Shown: positions 26,699 through 36,136 of the stretch, one piece after another
How positions within the stretch are numbered: position 1 is the stretch's first letter
Layout: each line of letters begins with the position of its first letter
Origin: an uncultured Bacteroidales bacterium
GTDB taxonomy: Bacteria; Bacteroidota; Bacteroidia; Bacteroidales; DASQZP01
DNA: 64,000 nt
Direction of reading: 5' to 3'
Assembly (NCBI GenBank): GCA_963783315.1
Contig: CAWAMZ010000018.1
Span: forward strand, 12,107 to 76,106
Notes under the pieces: generated by a model
Told to the model about the DNA's origin: nothing
The model's input: the letters and a program-made list of their open reading frames with translations, nothing else
Database searches by the model: none
Made by a program: the position numbers and the translations under genes

Positions 26699-27985
26699 AT
26701 GACGAGATCCGTACTCTTCTTTCTTCTCCTTTTCATCTTTAACCTGATTCCTGAGGCATACAGTCAGCAAAAGTCAAAAAAAGAGGAATATTTTGACGAT
26801 GGTGTATATTTTTATGCCCGGGAGGACTATAAAGAGGCCGCCTATCAGTTTAGTCAACTGGTAAAATACGATTCAACCAATGCCAATTTTAATTATAAAC
26901 TTGGCATGTGCTATCTTAATATACCGGGCGAAGAAACGAAAGCCATACCTTACCTTGAAAAAGCGGTGAAAAACACAGTTTTTAAGTACAAAGAAAAATC
27001 TTTCACCGAAAAACAGGCACCTTTACATGCCTTGTTTTATCTGGGCAATGCCTACAGGATCAACAATGAACTTGGCAAGGCTCTTGAAATGTATAATAAA
27101 TTCATCTCATCTCCTGATTTTTACGGAAATTACAACTACTCCATGGTAAATAATGAGATAGAAGCCTGTGAACGTGCAAAAATCATTAAAGACAAACCGG
27201 TGGATGTCACATTTGTCAACCCTGGGGCTCCGGTAAACACTTCATCTGCCGAAACAAAAGCGGTTCGGTCCTTTGATGGTCAATCAATGGTATTTGTCCG
27301 GTCGCTCAAGTTTTATGATGCACTTTTTTATAGCAAGTGGGAAAACAACAACTGGAGTGAGCCTGAAAATATAACCCCGCTGGTTGGTTCAGATGGCGAA
27401 GCATATCCTTCAGGCCTTTCCTCCGATGGCACCACCCTTTATCTGATAAGCAATAAATCCGGGAACAAAGATATATATACCAGTGAGCTCAAAAACGGTA
27501 AATGGCAGCAAATGAAGCCATTGAATGAAGAGATTAACACCCGGCAGGACGAAACTCATGCAAGCATTTCATCGGATGGCAAAATGCTTTATTTTGCAAG
27601 CAGCCGACGCAAGGGAGAAGGTAAACTGGATATCTGGGTATCTGAAAAACTGCCGTCAGGTAGTTGGGGTGAGCCTGAAAATCTCGGAGAGACCATTAAT
27701 ACTGACCTTGATGAAGATACTCCGTTTATTTCACCCGATGGCAATACCCTTTATTTTTGCTCCAAAGGACATTATAGTATGGGTGGGTTTGATATTTTTT
27801 ATTCAATTCGTGATAAAAATGGAAAATGGACTGAACCTGTTAATATCGGATATCCGGTAAATACAACAAATGATAATGTTTTTTATCAGCCAGCAGGTAA
27901 CAGTCATTCAGGAATTACTTATCGGATACGAACTGATGGTTATGGAGATGAAGATATCTGGATGGTAGAATTTCCTGAAAAGTAA
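26699..27985 (+). CDS. PorE-like envelope protein, paralog 4: TPR + PD40 propeller core only
   Basis: Signal peptide plus the same core motifs (NYKLGMCYLNIPG, FYLGNAYRINNEL, FYDALFY, GHYSMGGFDIFY, WTEPVNIGYPVNTTNDN). It stops right after the propeller, with no anchoring module. Confidence 0.85.
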   Translation: MTRSVLFFLLLFIFNLIPEAYSQQKSKKEEYFDDGVYFYAREDYKEAAYQFSQLVKYDSTNANFNYKLGMCYLNIPGEETKAIPYLEKAVKNTVFKYKEKSFTEKQAPLHALFYLGNAYRINNELGKALEMYNKFISSPDFYGNYNYSMVNNEIEACERAKIIKDKPVDVTFVNPGAPVNTSSAETKAVRSFDGQSMVFVRSLKFYDALFYSKWENNNWSEPENITPLVGSDGEAYPSGLSSDGTTLYLISNKSGNKDIYTSELKNGKWQQMKPLNEEINTRQDETHASISSDGKMLYFASSRRKGEGKLDIWVSEKLPSGSWGEPENLGETINTDLDEDTPFISPDGNTLYFCSKGHYSMGGFDIFYSIRDKNGKWTEPVNIGYPVNTTNDNVFYQPAGNSHSGITYRIRTDGYGDEDIWMVEFPEK

Positions 27986-28077
27986 TGTTCAGTCTGTTGC
28001 CCTGTAAGTTCCTGAAAAGATTTTGAAAAAAATTACAAAAAACAGCGTTTAATATTTCCGGCTTTTCGATAATAACT

Positions 28078-28085
28078 TATATTTG
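28078..28085 (+). promoter_or_regulatory. candidate -7 promoter box (TATATTTG) upstream of the ompH-like gene
   Basis: Exact TAnnTTTG match about 150 nt upstream of ATG 28237. Confidence 0.3.
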
Positions 28086-28236
28086 TGTTTCTAAATTAAC
28101 AGGCTGATTAATTTACCAGGCCGGATAAAAAAATCACCTCAATATTTCCGGTAGGCAAAGGGGTGAAATCCTGAACGGTTGATTTTGCAGCATTATTTAA
28201 TCAGAAACAAAAAAGAATTAAACAAATTTTAAACTT

Positions 28237-28863
28237 ATGAAAAAAGTATCACTTGTCTTAAATATTGTATTGATTATTGCAGTAGGTGTTTTGTATTTTC
28301 TTCATTTCAACAGTCAGCAAAAAGTAACAAAGATTGACGATCAGGTTGATTCACTTGCTATTGAAGAAAATGCAGCGCCAAATGGTTCAATTGTATATGT
28401 AAATATAGATACCCTGCTGCAGAATTATGATATGTATTATGACCTGAGTGCTGACCTGAACAGCAAACAACAAAAGCTGGAAGCTGAGCTAACCTCCAAG
28501 TCAAAATCATACCAGCAAGGTGTCAGTGACTATCAGAATAAGGTGCAAAAAGGACTCATCACCCGTTCCACAGCTCAGGAAATAGAGCAGCAGCTCATGC
28601 AGGAACAGCAGAATCTGATGCAGCTCAGGGATAATATGTCACAGCAGCTTTCAGAAGAACAGCAGGTGATGAACCGCCAGCTGATTAACAACATCATGGA
28701 ATATCTTAAAAAGTTCAATAAAGACCACGATTATAAATATATAATGAGCAACAGCTTCGGTGGTCCTTTATTGTACAGTGATAAAGCACTTGATATAACA
28801 CGGGAAGTACTGCGCGGCATCAATGCAGAGTACAAATCCACACACCCTGAGAAATCAAAATAA
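28237..28863 (+). CDS. OmpH/Skp-family periplasmic chaperone
   Basis: N-terminal signal/anchor, then a long Gln/Glu/Lys-rich coiled-coil (QQKLEAELTSKSKSYQQ ... QQLMQEQQNLMQL), with size typical of OmpH. Confidence 0.7.
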   Translation: MKKVSLVLNIVLIIAVGVLYFLHFNSQQKVTKIDDQVDSLAIEENAAPNGSIVYVNIDTLLQNYDMYYDLSADLNSKQQKLEAELTSKSKSYQQGVSDYQNKVQKGLITRSTAQEIEQQLMQEQQNLMQLRDNMSQQLSEEQQVMNRQLINNIMEYLKKFNKDHDYKYIMSNSFGGPLLYSDKALDITREVLRGINAEYKSTHPEKSK

Positions 28864-28875
28864 ATTAGACCACAA

Positions 28876-30159
28876 ATGGGATTTGCAGGGAATTACCTCA
28901 GCAGATATGCTGTTGAACTGCCTGAAATTGAACTGAAACCAACAGTTAACCCGGGACAGATCATAGTAATTCCGGCCTTTGATGAGCCCGATCTGTTAAG
29001 AACACTCGGTTCGTTGTTAAAATGTAAACCTGCAAAAAACCACACCGAAATAATTACGGTAATAAATTACCCTGAAAATGTACCGGAAGAGATCAAATCT
29101 TCCGGTCGTTTTTTATATAACCAGGTACTTGCATTTGCCCGTGAAAACAACTCAAATTTCGTTTCTTTCCTGCCGGTATTACTACCTGATATGCCTGTAA
29201 AACATGCTGGTGTGGGGTTAGCCAGAAAAACAGGTATGGATCTGGCAGTATCCCGTTTCGAATTCTTTAATAAACCGGAAGGTATCATTGTTTCATTTGA
29301 TGCCGACAGTGAATGTGATGAAAATTACCTGGTTGCCATCGAAGATCACTTCAATTTAAACCAGGCATCGCCCGGTGCATCCATATATTATGAGCATCCG
29401 GTAACCGGCACCGATTATCCCCGTGAGGTATATTCATTTGTAGAGAAATACGAATTACACCTCCGTTATTATGTCCAGGCACAACGATATGCCGGCTTCC
29501 CGATGGCCTTCCACACTGTTGGATCAGCGTTTGCTGTCAGAGCCGGGGCCTATTGTAAACAGGGCGGTATGAATAAACGAAAAGCCGGAGAAGATTTTTA
29601 TTTTCTGGAAAAAATATTCAGGATGGGAAACTTCACTGAAATCAATACAACGCGAATTATTCCGTCTCCCCGTCCTTCCTCCAGAGTCCCATTCGGTACA
29701 GGTGCTGCTGTAAATAAATTTCTGAGTAATACCGAAGATGCATCGTTAACAACCTATAATACCGGTGCCTTTGAAGACATAAAACAATTGCTGGATATTA
29801 TTCCTGTACTTTTTACCGAAGATGATAAGTATACAGCCGGTACATTAAAAGGTTTACCTGATCCGGTTAATCAGTTTCTGCAACAACATAATTTCCTTAT
29901 GTTGTTAGAAGAAATGAGACGACATGCCTCAAATGAATCTAACTTTCTAAAGCGCTTTTACCAGTGGTTTACGGGTTTTCGCATGATGCGTTTTTTGAAC
30001 GACAACCACCCTGTTCCCTATGCCAAAATACCCGTTGAAACAGCCGCAGAAAAATTGTTGGTGATGACTGGTAAAACAAAAACCCCTGCCCGCTCAACTG
30101 GTGAATTATTGAAAAGATACCGTGAACTGGACAGGGGAAAAACAATGCTAACACCATGA
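28876..30159 (+). CDS. family-2 glycosyltransferase
   Basis: GT-A N-terminus (IIVIPAFDEPDLL), a DxD-like FDADSE, and GEDFYFLEK. The acceptor is unknown. Confidence 0.6.
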   Translation: MGFAGNYLSRYAVELPEIELKPTVNPGQIIVIPAFDEPDLLRTLGSLLKCKPAKNHTEIITVINYPENVPEEIKSSGRFLYNQVLAFARENNSNFVSFLPVLLPDMPVKHAGVGLARKTGMDLAVSRFEFFNKPEGIIVSFDADSECDENYLVAIEDHFNLNQASPGASIYYEHPVTGTDYPREVYSFVEKYELHLRYYVQAQRYAGFPMAFHTVGSAFAVRAGAYCKQGGMNKRKAGEDFYFLEKIFRMGNFTEINTTRIIPSPRPSSRVPFGTGAAVNKFLSNTEDASLTTYNTGAFEDIKQLLDIIPVLFTEDDKYTAGTLKGLPDPVNQFLQQHNFLMLLEEMRRHASNESNFLKRFYQWFTGFRMMRFLNDNHPVPYAKIPVETAAEKLLVMTGKTKTPARSTGELLKRYRELDRGKTMLTP

Positions 30160-30173
30160 CTGGCGTGGTGATT

Positions 30174-31685
30174 TTATACTTTTGTCGATGAAAAAGGCAA
30201 TTCAACTTTTCTTAAGAAGGAAACTGTTTTTTCAATCTCTTCATACATCACTTTATCATTATCTATAAAACTAACTTCCTTTCTGTATTGCCCCACCATC
30301 TCTACCAGCAAAGGAGATGTTTTAGCAGGTCTCCGAAAATCAATTGCCTGGGCTGCATTAAAAAACTCAATAGCCAGTATTCTTTCCAGGTTTTGCATGA
30401 CTTTCCATGCTTTTGTAGCGCCATTGGCCCCCATGCTGACATGGTCTTCCTGTCCCTGCGAAGACTCGATTGAATCAACGGATGAAGGGGTGGAAAGCTG
30501 CTTGTTGTGACTCACCATGGAGGCAGCAGTATACTGAGGTATCATGAATCCGGAATTAAGTCCCGGATTGGCCACCAAAAACGGAGGTAATCCACGCTGA
30601 CCGGAGACAAGTTGATAGGTGCGGCGTTCAGATATATTGCCCAGCTCAGACATGGCAATACATAAATTATCCAGGGCCAGAGCCAGGGGCTGTCCGTGAA
30701 AATTACCCGCAGAAATTATCAGATCATCTTCAGGGAAGATGGTTGGATTATCGGTTACCGAATTAATTTCATTTTTAAAAACATAAGCCACGTAATCAAT
30801 TGAATCTTTTGATGCACCATGTACCTGGGGAATACAGCGGAATGAATAGGGGTCCTGTATGTGTTCCTTTTTTCTTCCTATCATTTCACTTCCTTCAAGC
30901 ACAGTTCTGATCCGGGCAGCAGTTTCAATTTGTCCGCGATGTGGCCTTATCTGCTGAATAAGGGGATGAAAAGGTTCAATTCTCCCGTCAAAAGCATCCA
31001 GGGAGAGTGCTCCGATCACATCTGCAAGTTGTGACAACCGGAAAACATTTAAACACAGATTTACGCCGTAAGCACTCATAAACTGTGTTCCGTTTAAAAG
31101 CGCCAGACCTTCTTTGGATTTGAGATGAAGCGGTTCCCATCCCAGTTCCCGACAGACCTCTCCGGAGGGTACTTTCTTTCCCTTATAATATACTTCTCCA
31201 AGCCCCAGCAACGGCAGACTCATATGTGCCAGGGGAGCCAGGTCGCCGGAAGCTCCTAATGAACCATACTGATAGACGACCGGCAAGATATCATGGTTAA
31301 AAAAATCAATCAGTCGTTCAACAGTTTCAAGCTGGATACCTGAATGACCATAAGACAAAGACTGGATTTTGAGCAAGAGCATAAGCTTTACAATCTCAGG
31401 CGGCACCTCATCACCAGTACCACAGGCATGTGACATCACCAGATTGCGTTGCAGTTTTTCAAGGTCTTCCCGGGAAATCTCCCTGTTGTATAACGAACCA
31501 AATCCGGTATTAATACCATAAAGTGGTTCGTCCGATTCATTCAGTTTCTTATCGAGATAGCTGCGACAGGCTACAATGCGGTTTTGCGCCTCTGCTGTAA
31601 GCTGAAGATTGTAATTTTCAAAGAGAATTTGTCTGATGGTGGAAAATTCAAGTGTAGCATCAGAAACAGGATGTATTTTTTTCAT
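30174..31685 (-). CDS. hutH: histidine ammonia-lyase
   Basis: Aromatic amino-acid lyase fold with the MIO-forming Ala-Ser-Gly triad (GSLGASGDLAPLAH). It has the Ser-His pair at the substrate-selectivity position (VMSHACG), which is typical of HAL rather than TAL/PAL. Confidence 0.85.
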   Translation of the reverse strand: MKKIHPVSDATLEFSTIRQILFENYNLQLTAEAQNRIVACRSYLDKKLNESDEPLYGINTGFGSLYNREISREDLEKLQRNLVMSHACGTGDEVPPEIVKLMLLLKIQSLSYGHSGIQLETVERLIDFFNHDILPVVYQYGSLGASGDLAPLAHMSLPLLGLGEVYYKGKKVPSGEVCRELGWEPLHLKSKEGLALLNGTQFMSAYGVNLCLNVFRLSQLADVIGALSLDAFDGRIEPFHPLIQQIRPHRGQIETAARIRTVLEGSEMIGRKKEHIQDPYSFRCIPQVHGASKDSIDYVAYVFKNEINSVTDNPTIFPEDDLIISAGNFHGQPLALALDNLCIAMSELGNISERRTYQLVSGQRGLPPFLVANPGLNSGFMIPQYTAASMVSHNKQLSTPSSVDSIESSQGQEDHVSMGANGATKAWKVMQNLERILAIEFFNAAQAIDFRRPAKTSPLLVEMVGQYRKEVSFIDNDKVMYEEIEKTVSFLRKVELPFSSTKV

Positions 31686-31897
31686 GTAAACAGGATTTGA
31701 ATGAGTAGCTGTGATAAAATAAAACAGTATAAACCATTTACCGGCCCATCATTCAGGATGATGGCAGACATAATAATGCACTCCCGCCGGTTTCCAACTA
31801 CTCATTCAGGGAAAGCGTATATCTCCGCCGGCAATTTCAACATGTCGGCGGGTGGATATAAATGAATTATTCCTGATTTGATAATGATACATAATTT

Positions 31898-33271
31898 TTA
31901 AAGCGTATGTTTCACCATGTGAAGCAGTTCATCGGCACTTAATTTTTGCTGATCACCGGATGTCATATCCTTTACAGTAAGGATACCATCTGCCAGCTCT
32001 GCTTCACCAACCATTACAACAAAAGGTATATTTTTATTATTGGCATAGTTAAGCTGCTTTTTAAGCTTTACAGTATCCGGATACAACTCTGCACTTACAC
32101 CTGCCTTCCTCATGATATCCAGCAACCGTAAACAATATTTTGTTTCTTCTTCTCCGAAATTGGCAAACATTACCAATGTGGTTACTGCAGCTTCCTGGGG
32201 GAATCTTTCCAGTTGAAGCAAAACATCATAGATACGATCAGCACCAAAGGATACTCCTACACCCGAGACATCATCCAGGCCAAAGATACCTGTAAGATTA
32301 TCATACCTGCCTCCTCCGCAAATACTTCCGATCTCAACTTCAGTTGCCTTCACCTCAATAATGGCCCCGGTGTAGTAATTTAATCCGCGAGCCAGGGTCA
32401 GATCCAGTTTTACTTCTGCAGATAAAGGTGTGTTCTCCAAATAATCAAAAATAGTAACCAGTTCTGTTATGCCCTGCTGACCGGTATCTGAATCCTTCAA
32501 CAGTCTGTCGAGCTTTTCAAGCTTTTCCCTGTTGGTTCCTGATAATTCCAGGATAGGCTGCAGCTTATCAATTGCTTCATTATCAATTCCTTTTACCGCA
32601 AGTTCTTCGTTTACCTTCTCAATCCCTATTTTATCGATCTTGTCAATAGCAACAGTTATATCAGTTATTTTGTCTTCTGCACCAATTGCAGCAGCAATAC
32701 CGGCAAGCACCTTCCGGTTATTGAGATGGATATTTATACCAACATTCAGTTTACCAAAAACATCATCAATCATCTGCAGCAACTCAATTTCATTGAGTAA
32801 TGAATCACTTCCGATCACATCAGCATCACACTGGTAAAATTCCCTGTAACGCCCTTTCTGTGGGCGATCGGCTCGCCAGACAGGCTGTATTTGATATCTT
32901 TTGAAGGGAAAATTAAGCTCGTTTCTGTTCTGAACCACAAATCGTGCAAAAGGGACAGTAAGATCATAACGGAGACCTTTTTCAGCAATATGATTTGTCA
33001 TCTTAACGGAGTCAGTCCGGATGGCAGCATCTGCCGGTACCTTACTCAGAAAATCACCTGAGTTTAAAATTTTAAACAACAATTTATCACCTTCTTCACC
33101 ATACTTGCCCATCAGGGTGGAAAGATTTTCCATAGCAGGCGTTTCAATAGGCTGGTATCCGAAATTCCGGAATGTATCTTTAATTGCAGAAAAAATATAT
33201 TCCCTTCGTATTGTCTCAAGAGGAGTAAAATCGCGTGTCCCTTTTGGTATTGATGGTTTCTGTGAACTCAT
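31898..33271 (-). CDS. hisS: histidine--tRNA ligase
   Basis: Class II HisRS motifs: [14 protein letters not shown] (motif 2 region), CGGGRYDNL (motif 3 region), and a C-terminal anticodon-binding domain. Confidence 0.95.
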   Translation of the reverse strand: MSSQKPSIPKGTRDFTPLETIRREYIFSAIKDTFRNFGYQPIETPAMENLSTLMGKYGEEGDKLLFKILNSGDFLSKVPADAAIRTDSVKMTNHIAEKGLRYDLTVPFARFVVQNRNELNFPFKRYQIQPVWRADRPQKGRYREFYQCDADVIGSDSLLNEIELLQMIDDVFGKLNVGINIHLNNRKVLAGIAAAIGAEDKITDITVAIDKIDKIGIEKVNEELAVKGIDNEAIDKLQPILELSGTNREKLEKLDRLLKDSDTGQQGITELVTIFDYLENTPLSAEVKLDLTLARGLNYYTGAIIEVKATEVEIGSICGGGRYDNLTGIFGLDDVSGVGVSFGADRIYDVLLQLERFPQEAAVTTLVMFANFGEEETKYCLRLLDIMRKAGVSAELYPDTVKLKKQLNYANNKNIPFVVMVGEAELADGILTVKDMTSGDQQKLSADELLHMVKHTL

Positions 33272-33437
33272 TTATTATTTTTTTTCAAAATTACTATATA
33301 ATTATATTAAAGTAATCCTCATTGAATATGATTCATAATAGGTTTTAAAGATAACCAGGCTGAAATGACTGTGCTTTGAATGAAATTTAAAAGAAATAAA
33401 CCTTGAAATTTCACTTAAAAATAACTGATCCGGTTCT

Positions 33438-35114
33438 TTATTTAACCAGTTTTTTATATTTAATTCTTGTTGGTCCTTCCTCTCCTAATCGTTTTCTGCG
33501 GTTTTCCTCATACTCACTATAGCCGCCTTCGAAGAAGTAAACTGATGAATTACCTTCAAAAGCGAGGATATGTGTCGCGATCCTGTCGAGGAACCAGCGA
33601 TCGTGAGAAATTACAGCCGCACAACCGGCAAAATTTTCCAAACCTTCTTCCAGTGCCCGCAGTGTATTTACATCGATATCATTGGTTGGTTCGTCAAGCA
33701 GCAGCACATTGGCCTCCTCCTTAAGCGTAAGTGCCAGATGCAACCGGTTTCTTTCCCCACCGGACAATACACCACACTTCTTTTCCTGGTCGGCACCACT
33801 AAAGTTGAAACGAGCAACATATGCACGGGCATTGATGGCACGCCCTCCCACCTGGATAAACTCGCTTCCACCAGATATTACTTCAAAAACAGTTTTTTCC
33901 GGGTCGATCGATGAATGAGATTGATCGACGTAACCTATTTTAACTGTTTCTCCAACTGAGAAATCACCTTTATCGGAGCTCTCCTGGCCCATAATCATCC
34001 TGAAAAGAGTTGTTTTTCCGGCTCCATTTGGGCCTATTATGCCAACTATTCCGGCCGGCGGAAGAGAAAAATTCAGGTTTTCAAACAATATCCTTTCACC
34101 AAACGATTTGGTAACATCAACAGCATCTATTACTTTATTTCCAAGTCGGGGGCCATTTGGAATAAATATTTCAAGTTTTTCATCCTTTTCTTTACTGTCC
34201 TCATTCAGCAATTTATCATAAGCACTCAAACGGGCTTTAGACTTGGCATGTCTGGCTTTTGGAGCCATCCTGACCCAATCCAGCTCTCGTTCTAGTGTTT
34301 TCCTTCGTTTGCTCTGCGTCTTTTCTTCCTGTTGCATCCGGGTGGTTTTTTGTTCCAGCCATGATGAATAATTACCCTTCCATGGGATACCCTCTCCCCT
34401 GTCGAGTTCCAGGATCCAGCCAGCTGCGTTATCAAGGAAATACCGGTCGTGCGTAATAGCAATCACCGTTCCGCTATACTGTTGCAGATGCATTTCAAGC
34501 CATTGTACTGATTCAGCATCCAGATGATTGGTAGGCTCATCCAATAGCAATACATCAGGCTCCTGCAATAAAAGACGGCAAAGAGCAACACGCCGTCGTT
34601 CACCTCCGGATAAATTTGCCACACTGGCATCCCCTTCCGGGCAACGCAATGCATCCATGGCTCTTTCCAGCTTATTATCGAGCTCCCATCCTCCTGCATG
34701 CTCAATCTGATCAGTCAACTCACCCTGACGTTCAATGAGTTTATTCATCTGATCATCACTCATGGGTTCTGCAAACTTCATATTTAGCTCTTCATATTCC
34801 TTCAGCAGGTCAACCACGGATTGTACTCCTTCCTGCACAATTTCCTTCACCGTTTTATTTTCATCCAGTACCGGTTCCTGCTCCAGCATTCCCACTGAAT
34901 AACCGGATGAAAACACTACCTCACCCTGGTATGATTTGTCTACCCCTGCGATTATCTTAAGCAGTGTTGACTTTCCCGATCCGTTTAAGCCAATTATTCC
35001 AATCTTGGCACCATAAAAGAATGAAAGGTATATGTCATTTAATACCTTTTTGTGTGGTGGAAAAGTTTTACTCACTCCCACCATGGAAAATATTATTTTT
35101 TTATCGTCTGTCAT
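33438..35114 (-). CDS. ettA: ABC-F translational throttle protein EttA
   Basis: Two ABC cassettes without TM domains (GLNGSGKST / LSGGERRR, GPNGAGKTT / LSGGERNR), the PtIM-like inter-domain linker, and 558 aa. Confidence 0.9.
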   Translation of the reverse strand: MTDDKKIIFSMVGVSKTFPPHKKVLNDIYLSFFYGAKIGIIGLNGSGKSTLLKIIAGVDKSYQGEVVFSSGYSVGMLEQEPVLDENKTVKEIVQEGVQSVVDLLKEYEELNMKFAEPMSDDQMNKLIERQGELTDQIEHAGGWELDNKLERAMDALRCPEGDASVANLSGGERRRVALCRLLLQEPDVLLLDEPTNHLDAESVQWLEMHLQQYSGTVIAITHDRYFLDNAAGWILELDRGEGIPWKGNYSSWLEQKTTRMQQEEKTQSKRRKTLERELDWVRMAPKARHAKSKARLSAYDKLLNEDSKEKDEKLEIFIPNGPRLGNKVIDAVDVTKSFGERILFENLNFSLPPAGIVGIIGPNGAGKTTLFRMIMGQESSDKGDFSVGETVKIGYVDQSHSSIDPEKTVFEVISGGSEFIQVGGRAINARAYVARFNFSGADQEKKCGVLSGGERNRLHLALTLKEEANVLLLDEPTNDIDVNTLRALEEGLENFAGCAAVISHDRWFLDRIATHILAFEGNSSVYFFEGGYSEYEENRRKRLGEEGPTRIKYKKLVK

Positions 35115-35195
35115 ATCTGTTTACCGGCTATTTGATTTTGCCGACAAAATTATCAAAAATAGTTGGTTATTAATAAAGTCGCAGAATATTGTCGG

Positions 35196-35238
35196 GATAA
35201 AAAACAAAACCTTAAGCAGAAAAATCTGCTTAAGGTTT
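35196..35238 (-). terminator. rho-independent terminator of the 35266..36123 gene
   Basis: 13-bp perfect stem AAACCTTAAGCAG / CTGCTTAAGGTTT with a 6-nt loop, followed on the minus strand by TGTTTTTTAT. Confidence 0.8.
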
Positions 35239-35265
35239 AATATAATTTATTTTTAAAGAAACAGA

Positions 35266-36123
35266 CTACTTACCTTTCGCCATTTTTTTCAAGTCACTCT
35301 CAAGTAAACCATCGGGATGTTTGTTATCAATTTTATGATAATCGAAATAATAAAACTGTGCATCAGCAGCTCCGATAATTACCTTGTAGCAACGGGCTTT
35401 TAAACGTGTTCCTTCCGGCCCTACCTTGTGCAGGAATACTACATCGGGATCACGATCCTCAATGGCTTTCTGAATATCTTCCCTGGTAACGATCCTGAAT
35501 TTATAGGGATATATCTTCCGGATGCGGGCAGCTGAGTTAATACTGTTTTCCAGTTCATCCTGCACCAGATACAGTGTTTTATGCTTTATATCCCCCATAT
35601 TATCATTATAATGTTTGAAAACGTTGGATGATATATATTCAGGATGTTCCTGGATGAGTTGTACATGGTTTTGGATAAATCGGGCCAGTAAATTCAGTTT
35701 GTAAATATAACTGCTTTCTTCCACACCATAATAGGCAAGGGGGACAGAGCAAATTGCCGGGAGTTGGCTCAGACTGAAAACATTATCACCCAGGAGTAAA
35801 TTCAGAAATTTATATTTGGCCATTGACTTGTCCTTCTCAAATGTAACCTCTGTCATTACCAGGAAACTGTAGGCTGGATCAGTCATTTTCTCTTCAAATT
35901 CCTTAACGGTAATAAACTTAAAAGGTGTTACGGTCCACTCTTTGTTCATTACCTCCTTAATTCTGATGTTGTATTCCAGCATAGGATTGTCCTCGAGCAC
36001 AACCAGCGTGGTAGTTTTGAAAAACCTGCTTATTTCATCTTTTGTAGGCACATAGTCCTGTGCAACCACTGGCAACACCATCATCAAAAATAACAGGCCG
36101 GCAATTAACTTTCTCATAATCAA
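35266..36123 (-). CDS. secreted hypothetical protein
   Basis: 285-aa ORF with a signal peptide (LIAGLLFLMMVLPVVAQ), coding-like composition and its own strong terminator. I recognise no motif. Confidence 0.7.
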   Translation of the reverse strand: MIMRKLIAGLLFLMMVLPVVAQDYVPTKDEISRFFKTTTLVVLEDNPMLEYNIRIKEVMNKEWTVTPFKFITVKEFEEKMTDPAYSFLVMTEVTFEKDKSMAKYKFLNLLLGDNVFSLSQLPAICSVPLAYYGVEESSYIYKLNLLARFIQNHVQLIQEHPEYISSNVFKHYNDNMGDIKHKTLYLVQDELENSINSAARIRKIYPYKFRIVTREDIQKAIEDRDPDVVFLHKVGPEGTRLKARCYKVIIGAADAQFYYFDYHKIDNKHPDGLLESDLKKMAKGK

Positions 36124-36136
36124 ATTAGTTTTTTCG

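Noticed and set aside
28051-28151. An 11-nt direct repeat AATATTTCCGG occurring twice exactly 90 nt apart upstream of the ompH-like gene, plus a 7-bp hairpin TCACCTC/GGGGTGA (28134-40 / 28161-67).
   Set aside because: These are a single short repeat pair and a weak stem in an AT-rich leader. I cannot distinguish them from chance without comparative data.
30174-31685. The lyase as a tyrosine ammonia-lyase feeding flexirubin/aryl-polyene pigment synthesis, as in some Bacteroidota.
   Set aside because: The substrate-selectivity position reads Ser-His (MSHACG), the histidine ammonia-lyase state, not His-Leu or Phe-Leu. No polyketide or pigment genes are adjacent.
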